Assembly (NCBI GenBank): GCA_037447395.1
Contig: JBBIGT010000001.1
Span: forward strand, 1-47,744
DNA length: 47,744 nucleotides
Direction: 5' to 3'
DNA from: Comamonadaceae bacterium
GTDB lineage: Bacteria > Pseudomonadota > Gammaproteobacteria > Burkholderiales > Burkholderiaceae_C
The position numbers and the translations under genes were made by a program. A model generated the notes under the pieces. The model made no database searches, was not told the DNA's origin, and saw only the letters and a program-made list of their open reading frames with translations. This document shows positions 1 through 10,872 of the stretch, one piece after another (position 1 is the stretch's first letter; every line of letters begins with the position of its first letter).

Positions 1-1062
1 GTCCTTCAATAACCAAACCCAGCGGCCGGCAAAAGACCAGCGGCCCCAGACTCCGATGGCGAATTTGTCACCACAAGATAGCAGGTTCAAGGTTTGTTCG
101 GGCGGTTGGTAAGCACGGGGTTCGACACCACCCATCACGGCCCGCAAATTGTTGGCCAGAGGCAAGCCGGCGCGTACCGCATATACGCCGCTGCGCGCCA
201 GCTTGCGATCGACGCGCGTGCTGACGTCACCCGCGGCAAACACCGCGCGGTGACTGGTTGAGCGTTGGTACATGTCGACTGCTACAAAACCTTGGTCGTC
301 CAACGCCAAGCCACTGCCTTGCAGCCAGCTTGGCGCTTGGGTACCGACGGCGATGACTGGTACGTCACAGGCGAGACGTGCGCCGTTGGCGAGTTGCACC
401 GTGTCCGCCGAAATGCCGACGGCGCGTTCCTGCAAGACGGTGATTCTGCGTAACTTCAGCGCCTGCGCGATACGGTTCTGCGCGGATGATGGGTAAGCGG
501 CGCCCGGTGGCGTCTCGCCGGCGACCACGGTGACAGTCGCGGTCGGCAGTCGGTAGGCCATGGCACAAGCCAGTTCGATACCTGCGGCACCCGCGCCGAT
601 GACGGTCACGCGCAGCGCGCGACTTGTCGCCAACTCAACCACTTTGGGCCACAGTTCGGCGAACCGCTCGATCGGTCGCACGAACAACGCGTGACGGGCT
701 GCACCGGGAATCCAGCGCTCAATTTGTTGCCGATCTTGCGTCGCACCAGTATTGATCGACAAGACGTCGTAGCCCAGTGTGCTGCCGTCGTCGAGCGTCA
801 GCTGACCGGTTGGCGCGTCCAATGCCGCCACGCTGCGCTGCAGGTATGCAACGCCACTGCCGTCCAGCAACGCAGCCAGGGCGATGCTGCATTCGTCAAG
901 GTGGTAGTGCCCGGCGACAAACCCGGGCACCATGCCCGAATACAGTTGCCGCGGGTAGGGCGCCACCAGCGTTACCTGTCGGCCAGGCAGGGGTTGTCGC
1001 GCCAGCGATGCCAGCAGGTTGATGTGCGCGTGACCCGCACCAAGCAGAACCAGATGTTTCAT
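1..1062 (-). CDS. FAD-dependent pyridine nucleotide-disulfide oxidoreductase (SelD N-terminal-domain-like / NDH-2-like); 3' end runs off the window
   Basis: Manual translation from ATG at 1062: MKHLVLLGAGHAHINLL...YSGMVPGFVAGHY...VIGAGAAGIELA...VFAAGDV...RSGVYAVRAG. Two Rossmann GxGxxG-type motifs; open to position 1. Absent from the ORF track because there is no stop in the window. Confidence 0.85.
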   Translation of the reverse strand, partial: MKHLVLLGAGHAHINLLASLARQPLPGRQVTLVAPYPRQLYSGMVPGFVAGHYHLDECSIALAALLDGSGVAYLQRSVAALDAPTGQLTLDDGSTLGYDVLSINTGATQDRQQIERWIPGAARHALFVRPIERFAELWPKVVELATSRALRVTVIGAGAAGIELACAMAYRLPTATVTVVAGETPPGAAYPSSAQNRIAQALKLRRITVLQERAVGISADTVQLANGARLACDVPVIAVGTQAPSWLQGSGLALDDQGFVAVDMYQRSTSHRAVFAAGDVSTRVDRKLARSGVYAVRAGLPLANNLRAVMGGVEPRAYQPPEQTLNLLSCGDKFAIGVWGRWSFAGRWVWLLKD

Positions 1063-1114
1063 GCAGGCAGTTTGGTTTGACTTGGCTGATTTTGCGCTGG
1101 ATTGGCCAAAGCAA

Positions 1115-1147
1115 AACGGGTTAGCGACACTGAGTCACTAACCCGTT
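1115..1147 (-). terminator. Hairpin downstream of tRNA-Pro (probable intrinsic terminator)
   Basis: AACGGGTTAG...CTAACCCGTT inverted repeat followed by a T run on the minus strand. Confidence 0.6.
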
Positions 1148-1155
1148 GATTTGTG

Positions 1156-1232
<77 letters not shown>

Positions 1233-1256
1233 AAAATTTTCACCGTTGTTCAATCG

Positions 1257-2240
1257 TCAAGCCCGACGATCCAACAGCTGAGCCGCTAATTGTAGCAAAG
1301 CAGAAGTGTGATCGTTGGCTGGGAGTAAATTTGCCGCAGCGATGGCGCGTGCTGCCTCGGCGCTGGCGGCGCCTCGCGCCACATCGAGGGCGCCTGTTTC
1401 CTTGACGATGGCGACGACCTGTTCGATTTGCTTGACGTCACCGGTTTCAATGGCTGAGCGGATCAACTGACGCTGGGCATCACTGCCACGTTGCATGGCG
1501 GCGATTAAAGGCAGGGTGGTTTTGCCTTCGCGCAGGTCGTCGCCCAGGTTTTTTCCCATCACTGTTGCGTCACCGGTGTAATCGAGAACGTCGTCGACGA
1601 TCTGGAACGCAGTGCCCAGCGCTTGCCCATAGCTGGCGCAGGCGTCTTCGATCGTCGAATTCGCGCCACTCAGAATGGCCCCAACGCGGGCGCTGGCTTC
1701 GAACAATTTGGCGGTTTTGGAGCGAATGACCTGCACGTAGCCGGCCTCGTCGAGTGCTGGGTTGTGCATGTTCATTAACTGCAGGACCTCACCCTCGGCG
1801 ATGACGTTGGTGGCATCGGCCAGAACGCTCATGATGGGCATGCTCCGTGCATCGACCATCATCTGAAAGGCGCGGGAATACAAAAAATCGCCGACCAGTA
1901 CACTGGCCGGATTGCCAAACGCTTCGTTGGCGGTGGCGTTGCCGCGGCGCATCGACGAGTCGTCGACGACGTCGTCGTGCAATAACGTGGCGGTATGAAT
2001 GAATTCCACGACCGCGGCGAGGTTGAAGCGCTGTTCGCCCTTGAACCCCAACGCGCCGCAGATCAGCAACAGGAGCGCCGGGCGCAGTCTTTTTCCGCCG
2101 GCTGAAATGATGTAGTGCGACACCTGTCCGACCAGCGGAACGCCAGAATCGAGCCGCTTGGCAATCACGGTATCAACGTCGCGCATGTCCTGCGAAATCA
2201 GCGAAAGCGGTGATGAAGAAGGCGAGACAGAGGCTTGCAA
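1257..2240 (-). CDS. ispB: Octaprenyl/polyprenyl diphosphate synthase
   Basis: [15 protein letters not shown] and FQIVDDVLD aspartate-rich motifs; divergent from rplU as is usual. Start codon uncertain. Confidence 0.93.
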   Translation of the reverse strand: MQASVSPSSSPLSLISQDMRDVDTVIAKRLDSGVPLVGQVSHYIISAGGKRLRPALLLLICGALGFKGEQRFNLAAVVEFIHTATLLHDDVVDDSSMRRGNATANEAFGNPASVLVGDFLYSRAFQMMVDARSMPIMSVLADATNVIAEGEVLQLMNMHNPALDEAGYVQVIRSKTAKLFEASARVGAILSGANSTIEDACASYGQALGTAFQIVDDVLDYTGDATVMGKNLGDDLREGKTTLPLIAAMQRGSDAQRQLIRSAIETGDVKQIEQVVAIVKETGALDVARGAASAEAARAIAAANLLPANDHTSALLQLAAQLLDRRA

Positions 2241-2387
2241 GACGGTGGACTCAGAAGTTTGCGGCGATTATAGAAAGCTCGGTGAAGTGCAAAACACGCT
2301 GCGCCAAGCGGCGTGACGTTGCGACGCCGGCCGCCCGCTGACGCTTTGCACGACTGCGCCACCGCTGCTACGTCACCAGACTTATGC

Positions 2388-2393
2388 GATAAT
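2388..2393 (+). promoter_or_regulatory. Putative sigma70 -10 element (GATAAT) with GC-rich discriminator for rplU-rpmA
   Basis: GATAATCCACGGC about 50 nt upstream of the rplU start; similar elements precede rpsP, rplS and the helicase. Confidence 0.45.
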
Positions 2394-2442
2394 CCACGGC
2401 TCTGCGGAAATTCGTTCGTAGAGATTCATTCAAGAGGTTCAT

Positions 2443-2754
2443 ATGTACGCGGTCATAAAAACCGGTGGCAAGCAATACAGGGTTGCCACTGGCGAAAAGA
2501 TTAAGGTAGAACAGATTGCTGCGGACGTTGGCCAAGAGATCGTGCTGGATCAGGTTCTTGCTGTCGGTAGCGGCGCAGAACTGAAAGTCGGCACCCCCTT
2601 GGTGTCCGGCGCAAAGGTCAGTGCCACGGTGGTGGCACACGGTAAGCACGACAAGGTCACCATCTTCAAGATGCGTCGTCGTAAGCATTATCAAAAGCGC
2701 CAAGGGCATCGTCAGCAGTTCACCGAATTGCTGGTAGGCGCTATTTCTGCATAA
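2443..2754 (+). CDS. rplU: 50S ribosomal protein L21
   Basis: [14 protein letters not shown]...[10 protein letters not shown]. Confidence 0.98.
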   Translation: MYAVIKTGGKQYRVATGEKIKVEQIAADVGQEIVLDQVLAVGSGAELKVGTPLVSGAKVSATVVAHGKHDKVTIFKMRRRKHYQKRQGHRQQFTELLVGAISA

Positions 2755-2766
2755 GGAGCGAGAGTC

Positions 2767-4199
<1,433 letters not shown>

Positions 4200-4229
4200 G
4201 GCGTTTGTTGAGGCTGCGTCAAAAGCCGA

Positions 4230-4751
4230 CTAGCCGGCTGGGCGGTGATCGGCCTGCCCTAGTGCCTTATCCATGAGCACGACGTCAAGCCAACGGTCAA
4301 ACTTCCAGCCGCACGATTTCAGCACGCCAACCGGCGCAAAACCACAGCGGCGGTGCACGCCGATGGAGCTGTGGTTGGCCGAATCGCCGATCACGGCAAT
4401 CAGTTTGCGCACGCCGGCGCGCTCGGCCTGCGTGCACAGTTCAGTCAACAGGGCCCCGCCCAGTCCGTGACCCGCAAGATCTGGGCGCAGATAGATTGAG
4501 TCTTCAGCGCTGAAACGGTACGCCGGGCGCGGTTTGAACCAGTTGCAGTAGGCATAGCCGAGCACCGAGTGACCGTTGACTGCCACCAGGTAGGGCAAAT
4601 GTTTGACCAAAACGTCAACCCGACGTTGCGCCATGTCGGCGGTCGAAGGCGGGTCGATTTCGAATGTTCCGGTACCGCAACGCACGTGATGGGCGTAAAT
4701 CTCTGTGATTTGCGCGAGATCTTGTTCTTGACTTGGACGGATAAGGGCCAT
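4230..4751 (-). CDS. GNAT N-acetyltransferase (phosphinothricin/methionine sulfoximine acetyltransferase family)
   Basis: TFEIDPP, RPAYRFSAEDSIY, GHGLGGALL, GWKFDRWLDVVLM. Confidence 0.88.
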   Translation of the reverse strand: MALIRPSQEQDLAQITEIYAHHVRCGTGTFEIDPPSTADMAQRRVDVLVKHLPYLVAVNGHSVLGYAYCNWFKPRPAYRFSAEDSIYLRPDLAGHGLGGALLTELCTQAERAGVRKLIAVIGDSANHSSIGVHRRCGFAPVGVLKSCGWKFDRWLDVVLMDKALGQADHRPAG

Positions 4752-4765
4752 GGTGTACTACTCGT

Positions 4766-4771
4766 TATAAT
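4766..4771 (+). promoter_or_regulatory. Putative sigma70 -10 (TATAAT) for the rpsP operon
   Basis: Perfect TATAAT followed by GC-rich CGCCGG. Confidence 0.55.
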
Positions 4772-4882
4772 CGCCGGTTGCCTGATGTGTCGCTGGCCGG
4801 GTGGTCATGTCGCGTGTCTCAAGCGTTGGGCAAGGTGGACAAATTTCGTGGCGTGTGAACGCCATTTCCCAAAGGATAAATT

Positions 4883-5143
4883 ATGGTCGTCATTCGACTC
4901 GCCCGTGGTGGTGCCAAGGCCCGCCCGTTTTTCAACATTGTGGTGGCTGACAAGCGTACGCGCCGCGACGGCCGCTTTATCGAACGCATTGGTTTTTACA
5001 ACCCGATCGCTACCGCCAATGAAGAAGGCCTGCGCATCGCGCAAGACCGCCTGACTTACTGGAAAAGCGTGGGCGCACAGGCCTCGCCGACCGTTGAACG
5101 TCTGGTGAATCAGGCTGCCCAAACGGCCAAGGTCGCGGCTTAA
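4883..5143 (+). CDS. rpsP: 30S ribosomal protein S16
   Basis: [17 protein letters not shown]...[14 protein letters not shown]. Confidence 0.98.
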   Translation: MVVIRLARGGAKARPFFNIVVADKRTRRDGRFIERIGFYNPIATANEEGLRIAQDRLTYWKSVGAQASPTVERLVNQAAQTAKVAA

Positions 5144-5146
5144 GCT

Positions 5147-5716
5147 GTGACCATGCCTCCCGGCCTCGAGCCTGCCGAATTGCCGGCAGACGCCGTCGAA
5201 GTCGGGCGCATTTTGGATGCCTGGGGCATCAAAGGCTGGTTCAAGGTCCAGCCCTACAGCGCCGAGTCCGAGGCGCTTTTTTCTTGCAAACGCTGGTTAT
5301 TGCTGCCCGCCGCAAAGGGCCGCAAAGCGTTTGACGATGTGGCCCTGCTTCGTATCAAACAAGCCAAGGTGCATGCCGACACTGTCGTCGCGTGCGCGCA
5401 CGACGTCGATGGCCGCGACGCTGCCGATGTGTTGCGCGGCTGTCGAATTTTCGTCGCCCGGTCGAGTTTTCCGACGCCGAGTCCGAACGAGTTTTATTGG
5501 GTCGATCTGATCGGTTTGTCGGTGTTCAATCGACAAGATGTCCGACTCGGCCAGGTGCGCGAACTGCTCAGCACGGGCCCGCAGACGGTGCTGGTCATCG
5601 ACGATGTGCAAGACGGCCAAGCGCGTCAGCGCATGATTCCGTTTGTCGCCGCTTATGTCGACGACGTCGATCTGGCGGCCAAGCGTATCGTCGTCGATTG
5701 GCAGCCAGAGTATTGA
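5147..5716 (+). CDS. rimM: Ribosome maturation factor RimM
   Basis: VGRILDAWGIKGWFKV, EFYWVDLIGL, MIPFV; position in the operon (start may be ATG 5153). Confidence 0.95.
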   Translation: MTMPPGLEPAELPADAVEVGRILDAWGIKGWFKVQPYSAESEALFSCKRWLLLPAAKGRKAFDDVALLRIKQAKVHADTVVACAHDVDGRDAADVLRGCRIFVARSSFPTPSPNEFYWVDLIGLSVFNRQDVRLGQVRELLSTGPQTVLVIDDVQDGQARQRMIPFVAAYVDDVDLAAKRIVVDWQPEY

Positions 5717-5734
5717 TGTAACTGGTTTCGCGAC

Positions 5735-6478
5735 ATGCGCTTTGACGTTGTCACGCTGTTCCCCGAGTTGTTCACGCCGTTTTTGACGACGGGTATCACG
5801 CGGCGGGCGTTTGCGTCCGAATTGCTCGACGTCCGACTGCACCAGTTGCGTGATTTTGCCGACGGCAACTACCGCCGTGTCGACGATCGACCGTTTGGTG
5901 GTGGCCCCGGCATGGTCATGATGGCCGAGCCGCTGCTGCACTGTTTGCAGCAGGTCCGGCAGCAGCGCGGTGACGCGGCACCGGTCGTTCTGTTTTCTCC
6001 GACGGGGCAAATGCTGAATCACGCGCAGGTTGAGCGCTGGGCGCACAGCGCCGGCGCCGTGCTGATCTGTGGTCGCTACGAAGGCATCGACCAACGTTTC
6101 ATCGACCGCCACGTCACCGAGCAAGTCAGCCTGGGCGACTTTGTACTGTCGGGTGGCGAGATTGCCGCCGTGGCGCTGCTCGACGCGGTGGCTCGTCTGC
6201 AGCCGGGCGTGTTGGGTGATGCGCAGAGCCACGTGCAAGACAGTTTTAACCCGGCGCTCGACGGTCTGCTCGATTGCCCGCATTACACCCGGCCCGAAAC
6301 CTGGCAGGGACAAAGCGTGCCAGACGCTCTGCTGTCAGGACATCACCAACACATTGAGCGCTGGCGGCGCGAACAGCGCCTGCTGGTCACCCAGCGCTTG
6401 CGACCGGACCTGATCGCCCAGGCACGCGTCGCGCAGGCCTTGAGCGCCGCCGACGAAGCGTTTCTTGCCACGCTATAA
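5735..6478 (+). CDS. trmD: tRNA (guanine37-N1)-methyltransferase
   Basis: VDDRPFGGGPGMV, CGRYEGIDQR, SLGDFVLSGGE, PHYTRP. Confidence 0.98.
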   Translation: MRFDVVTLFPELFTPFLTTGITRRAFASELLDVRLHQLRDFADGNYRRVDDRPFGGGPGMVMMAEPLLHCLQQVRQQRGDAAPVVLFSPTGQMLNHAQVERWAHSAGAVLICGRYEGIDQRFIDRHVTEQVSLGDFVLSGGEIAAVALLDAVARLQPGVLGDAQSHVQDSFNPALDGLLDCPHYTRPETWQGQSVPDALLSGHHQHIERWRREQRLLVTQRLRPDLIAQARVAQALSAADEAFLATL

Positions 6479-6479
6479 T
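6474..6479 (+). promoter_or_regulatory. Putative internal -10 (TATAAT) for rplS, overlapping the trmD stop codon
   Basis: TATAATGCGC contains the trmD TAA; ~95-nt gap before rplS. Confidence 0.5.
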
Positions 6480-6573
6480 GCGCAGCTTTTCGATCCTCTA
6501 CCCGACCGCCTGAAATCGTTTTGGGCATGCGCCATTGGGGCGCTGGTGCTGGCAAGATCTTTTGAGGACTCCC

Positions 6574-6951
6574 ATGAATCTGATCCAAACCCTTGAGCAA
6601 GAAGAGATTGCTCGTCTGAACAAAACCATCCCCGACTTCTGCCCTGGTGACACCGTGGTGGTCAGCGTCAACGTCGTCGAAGGGAACCGCAAGCGCGTTC
6701 AGGCCTACGAAGGCGTCGTCATTGCCAAGCGCAATCGCGGCCTCAACAGCGGCTTCACCGTGCGCAAAGTTTCCAGCGGTGAAGGCGTCGAACGCACGTT
6801 CCAGACCTATAGCCCCTTGATCGCCAGCATCGAAGTCAAGCGCCGTGGTGACGTGCGTCGCGCCAAGCTGTATTACCTGCGCGATCGCAGCGGCAAGTCG
6901 GCACGTATCCAGGAAAAGCTGCCTGCACGCAAGGCCACCGTGGCGCAGTAA
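6574..6951 (+). CDS. rplS: 50S ribosomal protein L19
   Basis: [12 protein letters not shown]...GVERTF...RRAKLYYLR; GAGGA RBS. Confidence 0.98.
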   Translation: MNLIQTLEQEEIARLNKTIPDFCPGDTVVVSVNVVEGNRKRVQAYEGVVIAKRNRGLNSGFTVRKVSSGEGVERTFQTYSPLIASIEVKRRGDVRRAKLYYLRDRSGKSARIQEKLPARKATVAQ

Positions 6952-6972
6952 GCCTGCTTCGGCGCAAACTGG

Positions 6973-7007
6973 AAACCGTCAGCTGTTCGCAGTGACGGTT
7001 TTTTTTT
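6973..7007 (+). terminator. Intrinsic terminator after rplS
   Basis: AAACCGTCA...TGACGGTTTTTTTTT. Confidence 0.85.
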
Positions 7008-7036
7008 GTCTGCGTCGACCCGTGCCTTCTGCTTAA

Positions 7037-7726
7037 ATGGCCGCCATGTCGACGTCTAAATCGGGTCTTGTCAATCCACATGAAGTCGCCGTCCTGCGCG
7101 TCGATCGCGATTTGCCGGCGGTGCCGGCTGCCGCGTTGGCAGCGCCGGCCTTGCGCCAGCGTTTCATGGCCCCGCCGCGCTGGACGCCCGAAGTGCGCGC
7201 CGAGCCGCGTTTTCTCGACCGCGCGCCGACGCCGGCGGCGGTGTTGCTGGCGATCGTTGGTCACGCACAACCGACTGTGCTGTTGACCCAGCGTACCGCG
7301 CATCTGTCAACGCACGCCGGGCAGATTGCTTTTCCGGGCGGCAAGTGCGACGCCGGCGACGTCGACGCCGTGGCCGCAGCGCAGCGCGAGGCGGCCGAAG
7401 AGGTCGGCCTGTCGGCGCAGGACACCGAGATTTTGGGAACCTTGCCAATCTACACCACCGGTTCGCAATTCATCGTGACCCCGGTGGTGGCGCTGGTGCA
7501 ACCAGGCTACCGTGTCGCCATCAACGCGCAGGAAGTGTCGGAGGTGTTTGAAGTGCCGCTGGCTTTCCTGATGAACCCGGCCAACCATCTGCACCACGAG
7601 GTGCTCTGGCAAGGTGAATTGCGTCATTGGCTGTCGATGCCGTACCACGACGGCACGCAAGAGCGTTTCATTTGGGGTGCCACCGCTGGCATGCTACGCA
7701 ATTTTTACCGGTTTCTGGTCGCCTGA
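7037..7726 (+). CDS. CoA pyrophosphatase, Nudix (NudL/PCD1 family)
   Basis: LLTQRTAHLSTHAGQIAFPGG, Nudix box REAAEEVG, IWGATAGML. Confidence 0.9.
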   Translation: MAAMSTSKSGLVNPHEVAVLRVDRDLPAVPAAALAAPALRQRFMAPPRWTPEVRAEPRFLDRAPTPAAVLLAIVGHAQPTVLLTQRTAHLSTHAGQIAFPGGKCDAGDVDAVAAAQREAAEEVGLSAQDTEILGTLPIYTTGSQFIVTPVVALVQPGYRVAINAQEVSEVFEVPLAFLMNPANHLHHEVLWQGELRHWLSMPYHDGTQERFIWGATAGMLRNFYRFLVA

Positions 7727-7764
7727 GGCCAGGTCCGCAGCGGTGCAACCGCTATCATCCCCGC

Positions 7765-8718
7765 ATGAGTTTTGTCTCGGTTCTGTTTGCGTTGATGCTT
7801 GAGCAGGTGCGCCCGCTGCAGCGCGGCAACCTGCTTCATGCGGGCCTGCGCGGCTGGGTGCGTTGGTGCACGCGCAGTCTCGACGCCGGCCGCCCGCTGC
7901 ACGGCTGGTTGACTTGGTCGGCGGCAGCGTTGATGCCGGCGCTGGCGTCGATGGCCATCTACTGGGCGCTAGACCTCTGGGTCGGCTGGCCGCTGGCCTT
8001 GTTGTGGAGCGCGTTGGTGCTGTACGCGACGCTGGGCTTTCGCCAGTTTAGCTTTCATTTCACGCAGATTCGCGACGCGCTGGCCAGTGGCGACGAAGAA
8101 CTGGCGCGGCGCCTGTTGGCCGATTGGCAGCACCGCGAGGTCAACGACGCGTCGCGCAGCCAGGTCGTCGGCCAGGTCATCGAGGCCTCGACGCTGGCGG
8201 CGCATCATCATGTGTTTGGCGTGCTGGCGTGGTTTTCGGTGCTGGCGGCTTTCGGCTTTGGCCCGCTGGGTGCCGTGCTGTACCGGCTGAGCGAGTTTGT
8301 CGTGCGCTACTGGCGGCACCAGAGTCAGGCGCAGCATCAGCCGGTGAGCGCCGCCTTGCTGGTCAGCGCCGATTTGGCGTGGCAGCGCATCGACTGGATT
8401 CCGGCACGCATCACCGCCTTGAGTTTTGCTGTCATGGGCAATTTTGAGGAAGCGGTGGACAGTTGGCGCCGTTACGCGCAGCGCGTTGACGCCGTCAACG
8501 ACGGCGTTGTCCTGGCGGCCACGGCCGGCGCGCTGAACATCCACCTGGCCGAGCCGCAAGCCAACGCCACGCCGCCTACGCCAATGGCGCCCTTGGAGGA
8601 CGCCCGCCCGATGCCTGATCTGCCGCATCTGGCGGTGGTCGTTGGGCTGGTGTGGCGCACAGTGGTGCTGTGGGTGGTGTTGCTGGCCTTGTTGACGCTG
8701 GCCCGTTTGCTGGGTTGA
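7765..8718 (+). CDS. CobD/CbiB (AmpE-like) family membrane protein
   Basis: Hydrophobic ORF with HHHVFGVLAWF, DWIPARITALSFAVMGNFE; usual position after nudL in Burkholderiales. Confidence 0.8.
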   Translation: MSFVSVLFALMLEQVRPLQRGNLLHAGLRGWVRWCTRSLDAGRPLHGWLTWSAAALMPALASMAIYWALDLWVGWPLALLWSALVLYATLGFRQFSFHFTQIRDALASGDEELARRLLADWQHREVNDASRSQVVGQVIEASTLAAHHHVFGVLAWFSVLAAFGFGPLGAVLYRLSEFVVRYWRHQSQAQHQPVSAALLVSADLAWQRIDWIPARITALSFAVMGNFEEAVDSWRRYAQRVDAVNDGVVLAATAGALNIHLAEPQANATPPTPMAPLEDARPMPDLPHLAVVVGLVWRTVVLWVVLLALLTLARLLG

Positions 8719-8721
8719 TAA

Positions 8722-8785
8722 GTTTGAATGTTTTTGGCATCTAGCCCTTATTTTTAATGGGCATGTAGCTATATTATCAGTAGTA
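8722..8785 (+). repeat. Dispersed fixed-spacing AT-rich motif, copy 1 (intergenic, immediately upstream of hisC)
   Basis: Core 8742-8785: TAGCCC TTATTTTTAAT GGGC ATGT AGCTAT ATTATCA GTAGTA. Confidence 0.85.
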
Positions 8786-8789
8786 TTTT

Positions 8790-9899
8790 ATGACCACACA
8801 GTTCTTCAGTCCGGTGCTGGCGCAGCTGACGCCCTACGTGCCCGGCGAGCAGCCCAAGATCAGCAATCTGGTCAAACTCAACACCAATGAGAACCCGTAT
8901 CCGCCGTCGCCGCAGGTGGTGTCGGCGATCGTCGCCGCGGCGCAGCAGGGCTTGCAGCTGTACCCCGACCCACAAGCCAGCGCCTTGCGCCAGGCCGTCG
9001 CCGGGCATCTGGGTTTGACGGCGCAGCAGGTCTTTGTCGGCAATGGTTCCGACGAAGTGCTGGCGCACGCGTTCTTTGCCTTCTTCCAGCAAGACTGCCC
9101 ATTGCTGATGCCCGACATCAGCTACAGTTTTTATCAGGTGTATTGCCGTCTCTACGGCATCAACGTGCGCCAGGTGCCGCTCACCGCCGACCTGCGCTTG
9201 CGCGTGGCCGACTACGCTGGCGCAGCCGGCGAGCGGGTGGCCGGTGTCGTCATCGCCAACCCCAACGCGCCGACCGGCATTGGCTTGCCGCTGCAAGACG
9301 TCGAGGCGCTGCTGCAGCTGCATCCGCGCTGCGTCGTGCTGGTCGACGAGGCCTACGTCGACTTCGGCGGCGTCAGCGCCGTCGGCCTGATCGACCGCTA
9401 TCCCAACCTGCTGGTGGTGCACACCTTGTCCAAGTCGCGCTCGCTGGCGGGCTTGCGCATCGGCTACGCCTGCGGCCAGCGGCACCTGATCGACGCGCTG
9501 GAGCGCGTCAAAGACAGCTTCAATTCCTACCCGCTGGACCGCCTGGCCTTGGCCGGCGGCGTGGCGGCGTTTGCCGACGCGGCACACTTTGAGCAGACGC
9601 GCCGCGCTGTCATGTCCAGCCGCGAGGGCCTGACGCTGGCGCTGGAAGACCTGGGATTTGTGGTCCTGCCGTCGCAAACCAACTTTGTCTTTGCTCGCCA
9701 TCGGGCGCGCGACGCCGCCGGGCTGGCCGCCGGCCTGCGCGCGCAGGGTGTGCTGGTGCGCCATTTCAAGCAGCCGCGCATCGACGCCTACCTGCGCATC
9801 AGCATCGGCACGCCGGCGCAGTGCGAGCGCCTGGTGCACGCATTGACTGAGTTGCTGCAGACGCCGGCGACAACCAGCGAACACGCGACAGCTACTTAG
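8790..9899 (+). CDS. hisC: Histidinol-phosphate aminotransferase (PLP class I/II)
   Basis: [50 protein letters not shown]. Confidence 0.88.
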   Translation: MTTQFFSPVLAQLTPYVPGEQPKISNLVKLNTNENPYPPSPQVVSAIVAAAQQGLQLYPDPQASALRQAVAGHLGLTAQQVFVGNGSDEVLAHAFFAFFQQDCPLLMPDISYSFYQVYCRLYGINVRQVPLTADLRLRVADYAGAAGERVAGVVIANPNAPTGIGLPLQDVEALLQLHPRCVVLVDEAYVDFGGVSAVGLIDRYPNLLVVHTLSKSRSLAGLRIGYACGQRHLIDALERVKDSFNSYPLDRLALAGGVAAFADAAHFEQTRRAVMSSREGLTLALEDLGFVVLPSQTNFVFARHRARDAAGLAAGLRAQGVLVRHFKQPRIDAYLRISIGTPAQCERLVHALTELLQTPATTSEHATAT

Positions 9900-9951
9900 G
9901 ACGACGGGCTGGTCACGACACCGGTGCTGCATGGCGCCCCGGCGGGGCCGC

Positions 9952-10872
9952 TCAATAGCGTCGGGCCTGGCTGAGTTGGGCGTATAAATCGCTATAAATT
10001 TTGTATCTGCCGGCGCTTATGTAGCCTTGGCTATAGGCTGATTTGACTGAAGAAATTACGCCGCAGCCCGGTTCGTGCAGGTGGCTGCAGTTGTAGAAGC
10101 GGCACTGCGCCACGTGCGGCAAGATGTCGGGCATGTAGGCGGCCAACTGCGCCGGGTCGATGTGCTGCAGGCCAAATTCCTGAAAACCCGGCGAGTCGAG
10201 CAACGCCGTGGTTTTGTCGGCGTCGAGCCAATACCAGGTGGTGCTGGTCGTGGTGTGCTTGCCCGACTGCAGCGCTTGCGACAGCGCCCCGGTTTGCGCC
10301 AATGCGCCGGGGATCAGGCAGTTGATGAGCGTGCTTTTGCCGGCGCCCGACGGGCCCAGCACCAGTGTCGTTTTGCCGGCCAGGTGTTGCCGCAGCGTGA
10401 CGCGGTCGGCAGCGCTGGCCTGCGCCAGCGACAATCCCAGCACCGCGTAGCCCATGTCGCGGTAGGCGACCAGCTTGTCCCAGGCGCGGGCGAAGGGTGC
10501 GGCCAGATCGCTCTTGTTCAGGGCGATCAGCGGGGTGATGTGCTGCGCCTCGGCGGCGATCAGCGCGCGCGACAGTTGGTCGGCGGAGAACTCGGGTTCA
10601 GCGGCGATCAGGATCAGCACCTGATCCAGATTGGCGGCGAACGACTTGGTGCGGACCTCGTCCTGGCGGTACAGCAGATTGCGCCGCGGCTCGATACGCT
10701 CGATGGTGCCTTCGTCCTGGGAGGCCAGCCACTGCACGCGGTCGCCCACCACCGCCTGGCTTTTCTTGCCGCGCGAGTGGCAGATGCGCCGCGCCCCGTC
10801 GCCGCTCTCCAGCAAAAAATGGCGGCCGAAATTGCCGACGATCAAACCCGGCTGAAGCGCGGCAGCGGTCAT
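9952..10872 (-). CDS. rsgA: Ribosome small subunit-dependent GTPase A
   Basis: Circularly permuted GTPase: NKSD, GPSGAGKST, GKHTTT, DSPG, zinc site CRFYNCSHLHEPGC. Confidence 0.96.
   Translation of the reverse strand: MTAAALQPGLIVGNFGRHFLLESGDGARRICHSRGKKSQAVVGDRVQWLASQDEGTIERIEPRRNLLYRQDEVRTKSFAANLDQVLILIAAEPEFSADQLSRALIAAEAQHITPLIALNKSDLAAPFARAWDKLVAYRDMGYAVLGLSLAQASAADRVTLRQHLAGKTTLVLGPSGAGKSTLINCLIPGALAQTGALSQALQSGKHTTTSTTWYWLDADKTTALLDSPGFQEFGLQHIDPAQLAAYMPDILPHVAQCRFYNCSHLHEPGCGVISSVKSAYSQGYISAGRYKIYSDLYAQLSQARRY
9990..10053 (-). repeat. Dispersed motif, copy 2 (inside the rsgA 3' end, sense to the gene)
   Basis: Minus-strand core 10033-9990: TAGCCA AGGCTACATAA GCGC CGGC AGATAC AAAATTT ATAGCG, preceded by CAAAT-CAGCCTA. 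Confidence 0.8.

Noticed and set aside
1-1062. Selenophosphate synthetase (selD) call for the first gene
   Set aside because: Only the FAD oxidoreductase portion is visible; any SelD domain would lie outside the window.
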